Shown: piece after piece, positions 1 to 12,344 of the stretch
Layout of the letters: each line of letters starts with the position of its first letter
How positions within the stretch are numbered: the stretch's first letter is position 1
NCBI GenBank assembly: GCA_002104945.1
Contig: MCFH01000038.1
Span: forward strand, 1 to 64,000
Length of the DNA stretch: 64,000 bases
Reading direction: 5' to 3'
From: Piromyces finnis finn
Lineage: Eukaryota > Fungi > Neocallimastigomycota
Program-made: the position numbers and the translations under genes
Notes under the pieces: generated by a model
What the model saw: the letters and a program-made list of their open reading frames with translations, nothing else
Databases searched by the model: none
Told to the model about the DNA's origin: nothing

Positions 1-1416
1 TATAAATGCCTGAAAAGTAGCAGGAGCGTTACGTAAACCAAATGGCATCACTAAATATTCATAGTGACCAAACTTTGTGCGAAAAGCAGTTTTATATTCA
101 TCACCATTTCTTATTCTAACTAAATTATAAGCAGAGCGTAAGTCGAGCTTGGTGAAATACTTTGCACCTTTGACACGTTCTATAATGTCGGTAATAAGTG
201 GTATTGGGTAGGAGTTACGTATCGTTACAGAATTGAGTTTTTTATAATCAATACAAACTCTAAGAGTACCATCTTTCTTTTTCTGAAATACCACTGGATA
301 TCCTGCAGGTGATTCGGATGGTCTAATAAAACCTTTTTCTAAATTTTCCTTGATATACTCTTCTAAAACTTTTGATTCTTCTTCTGATAAGGGATAGATG
401 GGACCATAATGAAGAGTAGCATCTTTTTCTAGTACTATTTTACAATCTGTAATTCTATGTGGTGGTAGTTTATCAGCTTCTTGTTTGCTGAAAACTTTTG
501 CCAAATCTCGATAGGGTTTTGGAATATCTTCAATAGTATGTTCTTCTAAATTGCTTACTTCTTCTGGTTTTTCGGACAAAAAAGTATGAATTAAATAATT
601 ATAATTATATCTATCATAATTATTTTTATTTAATATAACTTTTCTAAAAAATTTGGAACGTTTAGGGTTAAATTTGTGGAATCGACCATTTTTCTTCTTA
701 CTAAAGGTTTTAGATCTGAAATAAAAATTATGAATTTTATTTTTTAAATTATAAAAATTGGTGGAATAATTTTTATTTTTATTTTTTGTGTTATTTACAC
801 CTGTAGAAGTGGTAGGTGTAACATTTATGTCATTTCTATTATAAGAAATGAATTGTTCTAATTTTAAAAATTTAGTAGCATGCTTCATATTGAATTTCTT
901 TCTGTTAAAATCATATTTTAAATTTGAATATAAATAATTTTTATTATAATTATAATGAATTTCATATTTGGACATGAATATATTTCCAAATAATAAATCT
1001 GTCGGAATATAATCCGCTAGTAAAAATTTTTCTTTGAAATTGATGAAATGGAATTTATTGTTGATAAATAGTTTTAACTGAAAGTTTAGGTTGATATATT
1101 CATCAAGTTCAATTGAAGTACCACTGATACCTTGTACAGTGATAACATTATTAATTTTATGAGGATGTAATTGTAATGTACGTAATAGTTTGTACGACAT
1201 AAAATTACAATAAGATCCACTATCTAATAGTGATGTACATGCAATTTTATTATGTACATTATTTGTACCTCCATTATTGGATAATACATATGTATTAAAA
1301 GTAAAAAATGTTGAAGGTAATGTATTATCTTTGTTGATAGTGGGAAAAGTGTAGTTTAATATTTTTGTATTCGAGTGGTGATGGGACTTCAATGGAAGTC
1401 CTTTATTTAGTTTTTT
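1..1416 (-). CDS. pol: pol (protease-RT, partial) of element A, -1 frame relative to gag
   Basis: Hand translation after the slippery site: [24 protein letters not shown]...[10 protein letters not shown]. The RT codons at 1-60 are in the same frame. Not in the ORF track because it runs off the window. Confidence 0.85.
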
Positions 1417-2429
1417 GAACTAATTTTTTGAGCTTTATAATTGTTGTTATTGTAATTATTATTATATTTTTGGAAGTTATTGTTGTTATTGTTGTTGTTG
1501 TTGTATGATCTGTGGTGGTTGAAATGTGAATTTCTTTTCTTGTTAGATTTAGAGTTGGAAGACTGGTTAATCTTATTCTTTGTAGAAAGAGAACTTTCGA
1601 TCAAAATACATCTAGTTATAATGGACTCCATGGTGGTTGGAAATACCTCCATCTTTTCAATTTCTTCCTGATATTTGGGATGTAAACCATTATAAAAGAT
1701 TAAAGATAATGCTTCTTCATTCCATTTAAATTGTTGTGAAAGAGAGCGGAATTCCTCGATATAATCATTTATTTTACCATATTGTTGTTTTAAACGCATT
1801 ATTTTGATTTTAGCTATCTTGTAACTAGCAACATTTGAGAAAGCAATTCTTAGTCCATCCAACAATTCTTGCATGGTAGATGGATAAATATTATCCTTGT
1901 ACTTGGCAAGATACCAATTTCTAGCAGCATCACGAAGACGGGATTGTACAAAATTAATTTTTGTTTCTTCTGGTAAAGTTCGATTTGGTAGAGTTTTGAA
2001 AGTATCTTCACATAATTGACAAAACAAATCGGTATCACTAGTCTTACCGGAGAACATACCTGGATCTGGCACTTGAGCGATTGGAGTAGCAAAACGGCCT
2101 CTCATGATAACATCATGACCCAAATCAAATCTTGTTGAAGTAGATTCATCATCTCTAAAGACAGTAGGTCTTGGAGTAGCTATCCTATCATAATTGGTAT
2201 GTAACAATGGTTGTTCATCTTCATTCTGAGCAGTTTGATTATTATTCATATTGGTTAATACACTCATGATTTCATTTAAACGATTATTCACATCATTGGA
2301 AAAATTTTGAAAATCTTCACGGAAAACCAAATTTTCATTGATACCCTCAATGATATCCTTGGCAGTCTGAGTAGCATCCTCTCTTAGTTGGTTTACCTCG
2401 TCTGGGAAATTAGGAACCGGAGTGAACAT
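1407..2429 (-). CDS. gag: Gag of element A, Asn-rich C-terminus, no CCHC knuckle
   Basis: 340-aa ORF homologous to Gag of B (54157) and C (61303): shared QVPDPG.F.G motif and L...G.INDYI.EFR motif. Confidence 0.9.
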   Translation of the reverse strand: MFTPVPNFPDEVNQLREDATQTAKDIIEGINENLVFREDFQNFSNDVNNRLNEIMSVLTNMNNNQTAQNEDEQPLLHTNYDRIATPRPTVFRDDESTSTRFDLGHDVIMRGRFATPIAQVPDPGMFSGKTSDTDLFCQLCEDTFKTLPNRTLPEETKINFVQSRLRDAARNWYLAKYKDNIYPSTMQELLDGLRIAFSNVASYKIAKIKIMRLKQQYGKINDYIEEFRSLSQQFKWNEEALSLIFYNGLHPKYQEEIEKMEVFPTTMESIITRCILIESSLSTKNKINQSSNSKSNKKRNSHFNHHRSYNNNNNNNNNFQKYNNNYNNNNYKAQKISSKN

Positions 2430-2569
2430 TCTAAAGTAGCCACTAAACAGCGGGTAAAGATTATTGTTAAGTTTTTGGGTTTGGTTATGCGGCCAGGTCA
2501 GAATGTTATTAATTATATAGTAAAAATGTTTTTTAAGAAATTAAATTTAATTATAAAATAACACCTTAA

Positions 2570-5500
2570 TGTAAAAGTTTTAAAATTTAAAACAGATTAT
2601 AAAATTTTTTACAATAAAACAAAAACACAATAAAATAAAAAATTAAAAACAAAAACAAAATTTATTTATATTCTTTTTTCTTTTTTATTAGTTCTTATTT
2701 AGTTATTAACTAAATTATAGTCAATAACAATTACATCGTTTAACTATGAAATTTTACATGTATTTATATTTTTTACAAATTATATTTTAATATACTATTC
2801 TATTTAATTATACATATATTCAATATAAAATAAACAAAACTAATTTAATACTAATTTGATTAAATAATAAAATAATAAAACTAAACTAAAACTAATTAAA
2901 TACACTTTTGATTTAATTTGAGTAAACTACAAATTGAATACAGTCCATGTATTACCTATATATTAATTAAATATTAATAATACTATTTATTATATATTTA
3001 TAATTAAAAATGCTAATTTAAAACTACGCTAAAGTTATTAAACTAATTTTAATTAAATAAAAACTTTTTAAGATTTAATTTGAATATTTAAAATATTTAA
3101 ATTTAATTATCCATTAATTTAAATATTTATCCAAATTTCATTTCTAACTTTGATATTTTAAAATTAATATTTATTTAATTATTCCATAAAATTTATACAA
3201 TAAATTTTATAAACAATTTTTTCATTAAAATATCAAAATTATTATTCAATAATTATTAATTAATTATTAAATAATTTAAAGATATACTTTATATCTTTAC
3301 AATCTCGCCCTTTAAGTCGAGCTCCTGCGAGATTATTTCTTTGAAGGAATATCAATTACAAATGGTTGATATCTATGTCTGATCATACCATTGTTATTCC
3401 TTGTATAAACTTGATCTTGACTTTCTTTTCTAGACTTTTTATTTTTCCTATAAAATTCTTGGATCAATTGTACATCTGAAATTTGATCTTCCGGGATCCA
3501 AGTATTTTCGTCAAGATTTTTCCATGTCATCAAGAAAGATTTCTTTCCATGGTAATTTCTTTCTTGAATAATCTTATCAGGAATCCTATCAATAGTATCA
3601 GTAGTTAACTTAACATTTTTTCTTTTATTCATTACTGATCTATTTCCAAATTCATTTTCGTTATAAGGTTCTAATAACGAAACATGAAAAACAGGGTGGC
3701 AACGTAAATTGTTTGGTAATTTTAATTCAAATGCTAAAGGGCTTACCTTCTTGATTATTTCAAAAGGTCCAAGCATTTGATCAGCAAGTTTTCTTTTGAC
3801 ATTTTTATTTGAAGGATTAATACCTTTTAATAACCAAACTTTTTTACCAACTTCGAAATCTGGGGATTCCATTCTCTTTTGATCAGCATACTTTTTGTAG
3901 GTTTCTTTTGCTTGATCAAGATTTACTTTTAAAAATTTAATGTTTTCATTAATATCCAAAATTCTTTGTTCAGCTCTATTTGGTCTATTCGCTGAAGGGA
4001 TTTCAGGGTTAAATTTTGGATTGAACCCATAATTAGCGAAAAACGGAGATTGGTTGATTGATTGCTGTAAAGTATTGTTATAAGCAAATTCAGCAAAAGG
4101 TAACAAGTCAACCCAATTATTCTGTTTTTCGTTAATAAAACAACGGAGATATTGTTCCAATATCCCGTTTACCCTCTCCGTTTGACCATCAGTTTCAGGA
4201 TGGTTTGCAGTAGAAAAAGCAAGTTTAATATTTAACAAATTACATAAACGATTCCAAAAGTCTGAGGTAAATTGAGTACCTCGATCAGAAATGATGGAAT
4301 CAGGAAAACCATGTAATTTAAAGATATTGTTAACAAAAACATCAGCTGCTATAGAAGCAGTAGGCAAACATCTTAAAGGAATAAAATGAGCCATTTTTGT
4401 TAACCTATCAACTATAACCATAATGGTAGTCATGTCTTTGGATTTAGGAAGCTCGACAATAAAATCCATTGACAATTCCGACCAAGCTCTATTAGGTGTG
4501 GAAAGAGGAGAAAGCAAACCATATGGTTTATGTCTTGGAACTTTAGCTTTACAACAAGTTTCGCAAGACTTTATAAACTTTTTAACATCATAACTAAACT
4601 TTGGCCACCAAAAATTTCTACTAATTAATTCAATAGTTTTATTAACACCAAAGTGACCAGCAGAAATAGAATCATGATGTAATTCTAAGACCCTAGTTCT
4701 TAGTGAAGAAGGAACATAAATTAAATTATCATAAAGTAAAAATCCTTCTTTATCAATTTTAACTTTATTAATATTCCTAATCGGAGGGGACGAAGAATTT
4801 TTATCATTAAGAAATACACAAACTTTATTATATAAATCATCATTTTTTAAGGAACATAGAATAGAATTAATTAAAGAATCATCTTTATTAAAAGAATTAA
4901 TTACATTACATGAAATAAAATTACAACTAAAATTACTACATTCAATATTTTCATTAATCCTATCATTATTATAAATATTACAGATATGATCACTACGTCT
5001 GGATAACAAATCAGGTTTACCAGACTTTTTTCCAGCTCTATAAATTAACTTAAAATCAAATCTTGATAAAAATTCATACCATCTTATCTGTCGTTGTGAG
5101 AGCATCTCAGGCTTTCTTGGAAAGGTTAAATTCTTATGATCAGTATAAATGATGAACTGATGCTTTGCACCTTCCAGATAATGCCTCCATTCTTCAAGAG
5201 CCACTTTGATAGCGAGCAACTCTTTATCATAAATTTGATAGTTCCTTTGAGACTTGGTTAAGCTAGATGAAATAAAAGCAATAGGGTGCAATTGCCCTTC
5301 AAATTCTTGTGAAAGAATTGCACCGACAGCAAAGTTACTAGCGTCAGTCTCAACAATAAAAGGTTTGTTGCTATCAGGGTTCATTAAGATAGGAGCTGAA
5401 GTAAAAGCCTTTTTAAGTGTAACAAATGCATTTTGACACTCAGAAACCCAATTAAAAGGAACATTTTTCCTAGTAAGTTTGTGTAGAGGACTAGCAATTT

Positions 5501-8500
5501 TCGCAAAGTCTTTAATAAAAATTCTATAATAATTACATAATCCAATAAAGGATTGAACTTCTTTAACGTTTGTAGGAACAGGCCAGTCGAGGATAGCTTT
5601 AACTTTATCTCTATCCATTTTCAGACCATCTTTGGATAATACATAACCAAGGAAAGTGGTTTCTGAAACATCAAACTCACACTTCTCTAACTTAACATAT
5701 AAATTATTTTCTAATAATTTTTTCAATACTTTTTTAACATGTTCATGATGTTCTTCTAGGCTATTTGAATATATTAGAATATCATCAATATATGATATAG
5801 CAAAATCATCTAAATAATCACTAAGGACATCATTTATGAAATGTTGAAACGTAGCTGGTGCATTCTTTAAACCAAAAGGCATGACAAGATATTCAAAATG
5901 CCCATATCTTGTTCTAAAGGCAGTTTTGTATTCATCACCCTCTTTGATTCTAACTAAATTATAAGCAGACTTTAAGTCCAACTTAGTAAAGTATTTTGCA
6001 CCTTTCACTCTATCCAATAAGTCACCAATTAACGGAAGAGGATATGAATTTCTAATTGTCATGTCATTAAGTTTCCTATAATCAACGCAAAGTCTTAATG
6101 ACCCATCTTTCTTTTTGACAAATAAAACTGGTGCTCCGGCAGGAGATGAAGATTTCCTAATGAAACCTTTTTCTAAATTTTCATTGATATAATTTTTTAA
6201 TTCATCTCTCTCTGCCTCAGTTAAAGGATAAAGAGGACCATAAAACAAGTTAGCATTATCCTTTAATCGGATTTCACAATCGTATTCACGATGTGGAGGT
6301 AAAATATTACAATTCTTTTCATTAAAAACCTCTTTAAATAATAAATATTGTTTTGGAATTTCAATAGATTTTTTATCTTTATTCAAATTATCACTTTCAC
6401 TTTTACATTTATTAATAATATTACAAAATAAATCATAACAGTTACTAACTGAATTTAATACACGAGAATTATTATTATTATACACGTTTTTTGAAAATGA
6501 GTACTGTTTTGGTCCAGTGACCGAATTATTATCTTTATTTAAATTTTCATCAATACAATTAATGTTATTACATATACATTTAAAATTACAATTATTATCA
6601 TTATTTAAACTATTACTAAATTTAATTTTATTAAAACTATCTAGGTTACTAATGGTTTTGACGGAGGTTCTACGGCCTCTAATACTTAAAGTTTCTTCAT
6701 CATCACTAGAGTCGCTATAAGAGTATTCATAATGATTGTATGAACCAAGTTCACTATAAGAGGATTGATCATCTTCATCATCTTGAATAACTTCTTTTCC
6801 TTTTCTTGATGATATTTTTTCTTTCTTGGTTTCCTTTGTGCTACTCTTGTTCTTTCTTCTTCCCACATTACAATGTCTGGCACAGTATGTAGAGCTAAAT
6901 GCAATTTTGGAAGAATCGTGGTAGTAAACAGGGCAATGTTTTTCAATCCAAGGTACACCAAGAATTATATCAACTTCAGGAATTCTAAGTGCATATAATT
7001 GAATGACTTCGTAATGATTTCTCAAACGAAGGATGCACTTTTCGGATTCCTTTTTCACGGTAGATGTACCTTGCCCTAAACCAGAAACCTTGAAAGATTC
7101 AGCAATATTTGAAAGTTTAATATTATTGATTCGGGCGAACTCGGGGTGGATGAAATTAAGATCGGAACCAGAATCAATAAGTACCTTAGCTTTGACTTCA
7201 TCAATATCATTGGTTTTGATATAAAAATCAATAATATTTTTCTTTTCACCTTTATGAATTTCGAATATGTTTGAAGTTCCCTTGGAATTAAGATTATCCT
7301 TTTTAATTTTCTTGATTGAAGGGCTAGCTTCGTCTTCTGAATAGCATCTCTTGATAATTTTTACATTTTTTGGTTTCTTTTTGTTTGGACAATTGAATTG
7401 AAAGTGTCCAGACTTTCCACAAGTAAAGCAAACTCCATTCTTCTTAGCCTCAGTGCGATTTATTTTATTTTCGTCATAATTACTTCTATGAGGAGGGAAG
7501 TAATTAACCTTTCTTTGACCTAAACTGATCCTATATAAATCCACATCCATAGGATCATTTTGGTTATAATTTCTTCGGTCTTGATGCGTCATGTAATATT
7601 CACTGATATCATTTCTCTTAGTATGATTTTCAATACTAAGGACATCAGAATAAAGACGCTCTAATTGAGAGGGATTTGGATTCACTACAGCTAAATGTTC
7701 ACGCATTTTCGGATGTAATCCCTTTGTGAACATGTATATTTTAGCTGCTTCATTAAAATTCGAATTTTGGCTAACGCGTTGGAATTCGTTAATGTATTCG
7801 AACACCTTGCCAAATTTTCTTTGTTTAATGTTGCAAAGTCTTCCATTTGCAACAATCGTATCATTATTCGGATCCCCGAAATTGGTACGAAGAGCAGCAA
7901 TAAACTGATCATAGTTTCTTAGAACGGCGTCGTTATTTTGTCTTAAACGAGCGGCCCATTCTAAAGGTCTATTGACAAAGTAAGATATTAAGAATCGAAC
8001 TCTTGCCTCATCATTAACAAATCTATCAGGGTTGGCTTCAATGGCTAGTTCAACCCTGGTCAAGAACCCATCTAGTTCTTGTCTTCTTCCTGAAAAGGTT
8101 GGAGGATCATTAACTATCCTCAAAGACGCCCCTTGACGGTCCATATTTTCGTTTAAGTGGAGGTTAGATAAGAGTTGGTTGATTTCCTCCAATATGCTTA
8201 ATATTTTACTTATTTAATTTTTTACAATATTTTAATTAAGATGTCGTCGTAACTCTATCCTATCAAACGGTGTTTGACGAGCTCTTAAAAATATAGTAAC
8301 AAAATTAAATACAGTAACCAAATAGTGTTGGAAGCTTGAATGATACTAAAATAATAATCTAAACGCGGTAGATATTTCCTAAGACACGGTAGGTAAGAAA
8401 AAAATATTAAATATGTTTTATTAAAAAAAAAAAAATTTTATAACGTGTTTTATATAAAAAAAAAAAGGTAATTGTTATTGTAAAAGTTTTAAAATTTAAA

Positions 8501-9210
8501 ACAGATTATAAAATTTTTTACAATAAAACAAAAACACAATAAAATAAAAAATTAAAAACAAAAACAAAATTTATTTATATTCTTTTTTCTTTTTTATTAG
8601 TTCTTATTTAGTTATTAACTAAATTATAGTCAATAACAATTACATCGTTTAACTATGAAATTTTACATGTATTTATATTTTTTACAAATTATATTTTAAT
8701 ATACTATTCTATTTAATTATACATATATTCAATATAAAATAAACAAAACTAATTTAATACTAATTTGATTAAATAATAAAATAATAAAACTAAACTAAAA
8801 CTAATTAAATACACTTTTGATTTAATTTGAGTAAACTACAAATTGAATACAGTCCATGTATTACCTATATATTAATTAAATATTAATAATACTATTTATT
8901 ATATATTTATAATTAAAAATGCTAATTTAAAACTACGCTAAAGTTATTAAACTAATTTTAATTAAATAAAAACTTTTTAAGATTTAATTTGAATATTTAA
9001 AATATTTAAATTTAATTATCCATTAATTTAAATATTTATCCAAATTTCATTTCTAACTTTGATATTTTAAAATTAATATTTATTTAATTATTCCATAAAA
9101 TTTATACAATAAATTTTATAAACAATTTTTTCATTAAAATATCAAAATTATTATTCAATAATTATTAATTAATTATTAAATAATTTAAAGATATACTTTA
9201 TATCTTTACA
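2570..9210 (-). mobile_element. Full-length Ty3/Gypsy chromovirus-like element H1 nested in the LTR of A
   Basis: 732-bp LTRs 2570-3301 and 8479-9210 (TG...CA). TSD CTTAA (2565-2569 / 9211-9215). PPT AAAGGGCGAGAT (minus, 3302-3313). Single gag-pol ORF. Confidence 0.97.
3333..8192 (-). CDS. gag-pol: Gag-Pol polyprotein of H1 (Gag, CCHC, PR, RT, RNase H, IN, chromodomain-like C-terminus)
   Basis: CFTCGKSGHFQFNC knuckle, LIDSGS protease, YIDDILIY RT, ETDAS RNase H, HHDS...GH/CETC zinc motif, SDRGTQF IN core, GPF motif, SFLMTWK..NTWIPE tail. Confidence 0.97.
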   Translation of the reverse strand: MEEINQLLSNLHLNENMDRQGASLRIVNDPPTFSGRRQELDGFLTRVELAIEANPDRFVNDEARVRFLISYFVNRPLEWAARLRQNNDAVLRNYDQFIAALRTNFGDPNNDTIVANGRLCNIKQRKFGKVFEYINEFQRVSQNSNFNEAAKIYMFTKGLHPKMREHLAVVNPNPSQLERLYSDVLSIENHTKRNDISEYYMTHQDRRNYNQNDPMDVDLYRISLGQRKVNYFPPHRSNYDENKINRTEAKKNGVCFTCGKSGHFQFNCPNKKKPKNVKIIKRCYSEDEASPSIKKIKKDNLNSKGTSNIFEIHKGEKKNIIDFYIKTNDIDEVKAKVLIDSGSDLNFIHPEFARINNIKLSNIAESFKVSGLGQGTSTVKKESEKCILRLRNHYEVIQLYALRIPEVDIILGVPWIEKHCPVYYHDSSKIAFSSTYCARHCNVGRRKNKSSTKETKKEKISSRKGKEVIQDDEDDQSSYSELGSYNHYEYSYSDSSDDEETLSIRGRRTSVKTISNLDSFNKIKFSNSLNNDNNCNFKCICNNINCIDENLNKDNNSVTGPKQYSFSKNVYNNNNSRVLNSVSNCYDLFCNIINKCKSESDNLNKDKKSIEIPKQYLLFKEVFNEKNCNILPPHREYDCEIRLKDNANLFYGPLYPLTEAERDELKNYINENLEKGFIRKSSSPAGAPVLFVKKKDGSLRLCVDYRKLNDMTIRNSYPLPLIGDLLDRVKGAKYFTKLDLKSAYNLVRIKEGDEYKTAFRTRYGHFEYLVMPFGLKNAPATFQHFINDVLSDYLDDFAISYIDDILIYSNSLEEHHEHVKKVLKKLLENNLYVKLEKCEFDVSETTFLGYVLSKDGLKMDRDKVKAILDWPVPTNVKEVQSFIGLCNYYRIFIKDFAKIASPLHKLTRKNVPFNWVSECQNAFVTLKKAFTSAPILMNPDSNKPFIVETDASNFAVGAILSQEFEGQLHPIAFISSSLTKSQRNYQIYDKELLAIKVALEEWRHYLEGAKHQFIIYTDHKNLTFPRKPEMLSQRQIRWYEFLSRFDFKLIYRAGKKSGKPDLLSRRSDHICNIYNNDRINENIECSNFSCNFISCNVINSFNKDDSLINSILCSLKNDDLYNKVCVFLNDKNSSSPPIRNINKVKIDKEGFLLYDNLIYVPSSLRTRVLELHHDSISAGHFGVNKTIELISRNFWWPKFSYDVKKFIKSCETCCKAKVPRHKPYGLLSPLSTPNRAWSELSMDFIVELPKSKDMTTIMVIVDRLTKMAHFIPLRCLPTASIAADVFVNNIFKLHGFPDSIISDRGTQFTSDFWNRLCNLLNIKLAFSTANHPETDGQTERVNGILEQYLRCFINEKQNNWVDLLPFAEFAYNNTLQQSINQSPFFANYGFNPKFNPEIPSANRPNRAEQRILDINENIKFLKVNLDQAKETYKKYADQKRMESPDFEVGKKVWLLKGINPSNKNVKRKLADQMLGPFEIIKKVSPLAFELKLPNNLRCHPVFHVSLLEPYNENEFGNRSVMNKRKNVKLTTDTIDRIPDKIIQERNYHGKKSFLMTWKNLDENTWIPEDQISDVQLIQEFYRKNKKSRKESQDQVYTRNNNGMIRHRYQPFVIDIPSKK

Positions 9211-9215
9211 CTTAA

Positions 9216-9505
9216 ACTCCCAAATGAAAAATGAAAAATTTATATTTACTTTAAAATAACTTTTTATAAATTTTTTATTTATTTAATAATAATAATATAA
9301 ATGATATTATAAGTAACTATATAATTAAGATTATAACTATAATCTTTACAAAGAATTAAAATCGAATTCAATTCATTCTCTTTTATATTCTTTGTTCAGA
9401 TTATTAAATTGATATTAATAAGAATAAAGTATTACATGTAATATATTAGTAATATAATTAAATAAGTAATAAGATTGTTTGTTTGTTTGTTTGTTTGTCA
9501 TGACA
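9216..9505 (-). repeat. Remainder of the 5' LTR of element A (right boundary uncertain: 9505 or as far as ~11403)
   Basis: Continues A's LTR across the H1 TSD. Contains the complement of A's PBS (ATAATCTTTAC, 9339-9349) and a minus-strand TATAAAA at 9381-9387. TGACA ending at 9505 is a candidate terminus. Confidence 0.65.
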
Positions 9506-11403
9506 TAAAATAAAATAAACATATGATTAATCATTTAAACAGTTGATCCTAATTAGTAATTATAAAAACTATTCAATTAATAATTCATCATTATTAATTG
9601 ATATTACCATAACATATTTGTTATAATTAAATAATTATTATTTTCAAAATTATTTCTAATAAAACTTGCCGTTAACCTATTTTATAATGATTAAGATTAT
9701 TTAATTTATAGGTGTTAACTGTTACACCTAAATGGGTCTAGTTCTATTTTTAGTAACAATCGTTATCATTAATTAAATTAATATAACTAAAATTCCTATT
9801 GATATATTTTTAATTTCATCAAGTCATAAGAAATATTTATGATCCATACTTGATATCATATTGATTTTAATTTACCTAATAAAATCTTTAAATGATCATA
9901 ACTTCCTTAAGTGATCAGTTAGAAGGACCGCGATTGTACCAAATTGTAGCTTTCTTCCTAAGCTTTCCAATAAACCTAGTTTCATCACCGTAGCACTTAC
10001 AGCCGTAGCGATCGTTTTTGGCGAGTTACACCTTATTTCGTACTTGCTTATTTTTGGTTAAGGGTTATAGTGTATTGATATTAAATTTTTGAAATCATAA
10101 CCCTTTCACTGAATCAAAATTTAAAAGGTGACTTTTAAAAGTGTTTTAAAATAATTATTGAAATTATTTAATTATAATTATTATGTTTAATTAATTATAG
10201 ATATTATCTGAATTTGTTTTAAATCCAGTTAATATCTTCACATGGTTTTGTAAAAGTTTTACTAAACTTATAATTTAATATTAAAATATTAGATTAAATA
10301 AAAGGTTAAAAGATAACTAGGTTAGAAAAAAAAATGTTTTATTAAAATAATCTTAATTGATTTATAAATGAATAATTAAATTATATATTATGGTTAAAAT
10401 AATTTCTTTTATTTTATTTAATGATATATTGCTAAAATATATAATAATAAGATTATTTAGTAGTAATACTCATTAAGTATTAATTATTATTAATAGTTAA
10501 TAATTTATAGTTAATAATTTAATAATTTATGGTTAATAATTTTTGGTTAATAATCTTTACAAAGATTTTAATTTCATAAACTATTCTAAACTATTTATAC
10601 TATTTGTAATTTTACATTTAATAATAAAATAACTTTTCAATACATGATTATATTCATAATATATTTTATAATACTTAAACTAAACTTAAGACTTATTCCT
10701 AATTATTAAAAAATAACTATTGTTTATAATATTCATAATATTAATTATTTCTTAATTATAATATAATTCATTGAATATAATATTAATAATTATAATCCTC
10801 TAGTTCAAAGATTATAAATTATGTTATTGAAATAATTATTATAAAATAAAGTTAATTAGTTCCGGAAAATAATTTTAATTTAATTAAACAATAATTTTTA
10901 TACTTTGAGTGAATGATTTATGTTTGATATATCAGGGGTGATCATTCTCTGAATAAACAATTAATCATTGCTAACAAAATATCTTTAAATTGGAATATCT
11001 CGTGAACCAGCAGAGATATTGACCTGATTTTAAGATATGTTGTTTGTCTCGAGCGTGGCTTTCTAACGAACGTAATTATAACCAAAATATTTTTATTCAA
11101 AAATCGTCATTCGTTGAGGAGATACGCGTGTTTTTTCTTATTCCATTTTAACGATAAGGGTTAAAGTTATTTATTATAAAAATTATTAAGGGTTAAGGTC
11201 ATATTTTAACCTTTCCTAAATTTTTAAATATTTCTTAATAAAATTTTATAATTTATTTGAAAATAAAATATTTGTTGATTTTGAAATTTCATAAGTGATT
11301 TCACAATTTCAAGTGATCTTGAAATTGTATTTTCACTAGTATTCGTGACAGGTTTCAATTGAAATATTTGTGGGCAAACTTATGGCCACAAATATTTCTT
11401 AAA
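9506..11403 (-). repeat. LTR-like segment X (9506-10248 plus 11356-11403) split by a solo LTR; its right end matches the U3 terminus of family F
   Basis: 11351-11400 matches 32780-32829 of the F- LTR end, but the terminal CA reads AA. The left part has a GC-richer island and TAACCCT motifs like the C-family U3. Confidence 0.5.
10249..11350 (-). mobile_element. Solo LTR of family C
   Basis: Reverse complement closely matches the C LTR 60176-61208 (TGTCACGAATAC...CTTTTACA). Flanked by TSD GGTTT (10244-10248 / 11351-11355). Confidence 0.93.
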
Positions 11404-11404
11404 A

Positions 11405-12344
11405 TGTAAGAAATATTAATTATTCATAATTGAATAATTATTATTTCTTATTATTTAATACAAATTTATTTAAATTATTATTTTCTATACATTCAACTAT
11501 TACTAATAATTTATTAAATTATTTAATATTTCATTCATTTAGTTAATACTTATGATTTACTTAAAATATTAATTTTATATACACTTATATAAAATATAAA
11601 ATTTATTTACTTGCTATATTCTTATATATTTAATTAACTTTATAAATTTATTTAATTATTAATTTTTATGTACATTTAAATAATATAAATAATTTATTTA
11701 CTTATTATTATCTTATACATTTAATTTTGACTAACTATATTCATTACACTTATTGTTTTAAATTATGTATTAATTATATTTTATGTATTGTATTAAGCAC
11801 GGATAAAATAGGAATCGGAATTTTAAGGTTTTCCCGATTTCGCTTTAAAGAAGCATTCGGTTTTACTTAAAATTACACGAAGATCAATATGACTAGAATA
11901 TTGATCGAAAATCATGTTTAGGTTTTTCTTCTAGTCTTTTCCTAAACATTTTATTTGTTAAGATTAGAACCCGTTTATTTAACCTTATTTTTTAATAAAA
12001 TTATAAATAAAACACTCTTGAAATTCCTTAGAAATTCAAGAGTTATTATTATAAAGGAATACGTTATAATAAATAACATAAATACATTTTTCTTTTTAAT
12101 TAAATAAAATATCCTTCTAATAAATCAGTAATTTAAATAAAAAAACTTACGACCCATTTGACTCTTTGTGTTTGGTTGTTTATTATAAATCTTTATAATA
12201 AACTCGATAAGTTTTATTTTTACTTTCTATTTTCTATTCTAATTTGTTCAATACTTCTTATTTCCGCATAATAATACTACAATATTATTCGTTAATATTA
12301 TTGTAGATAGTAATTTCTGTAAACAATAATAAGAAATTACTACA
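11405..12344 (+). mobile_element. Solo LTR of a G-related family
   Basis: TGTAAGAAATA...ATTACTACA. Shares blocks with the G LTR (TGTTTAGG...CCTAAACA; CTCTTGAA...TTCAAGAGTTATTAT). TSD TAAAA is restored once D is removed. Confidence 0.88.

Larger units (their letters stand above)
1..2569 (-). mobile_element. Ty3/Gypsy LTR retrotransposon A (5' part; continues beyond window start); its 5' LTR is split by element H1
   Basis: gag ORF 1407-2429, then a -1 frame pol with protease LLDSGS and RT motif [17 protein letters not shown] at 1-60. LTR edge TGTTAAG at 2465 sits next to PBS-like ATAATCTTTAC (minus strand, 2454-2464). Confidence 0.9.

Noticed and set aside
9900-10070. snRNA or other ncRNA in a GC-richer island with ATTTTTGG
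   Set aside because: No recognisable U1/U2/U4/U5 sequence, and similar islands occur inside C-family LTRs.
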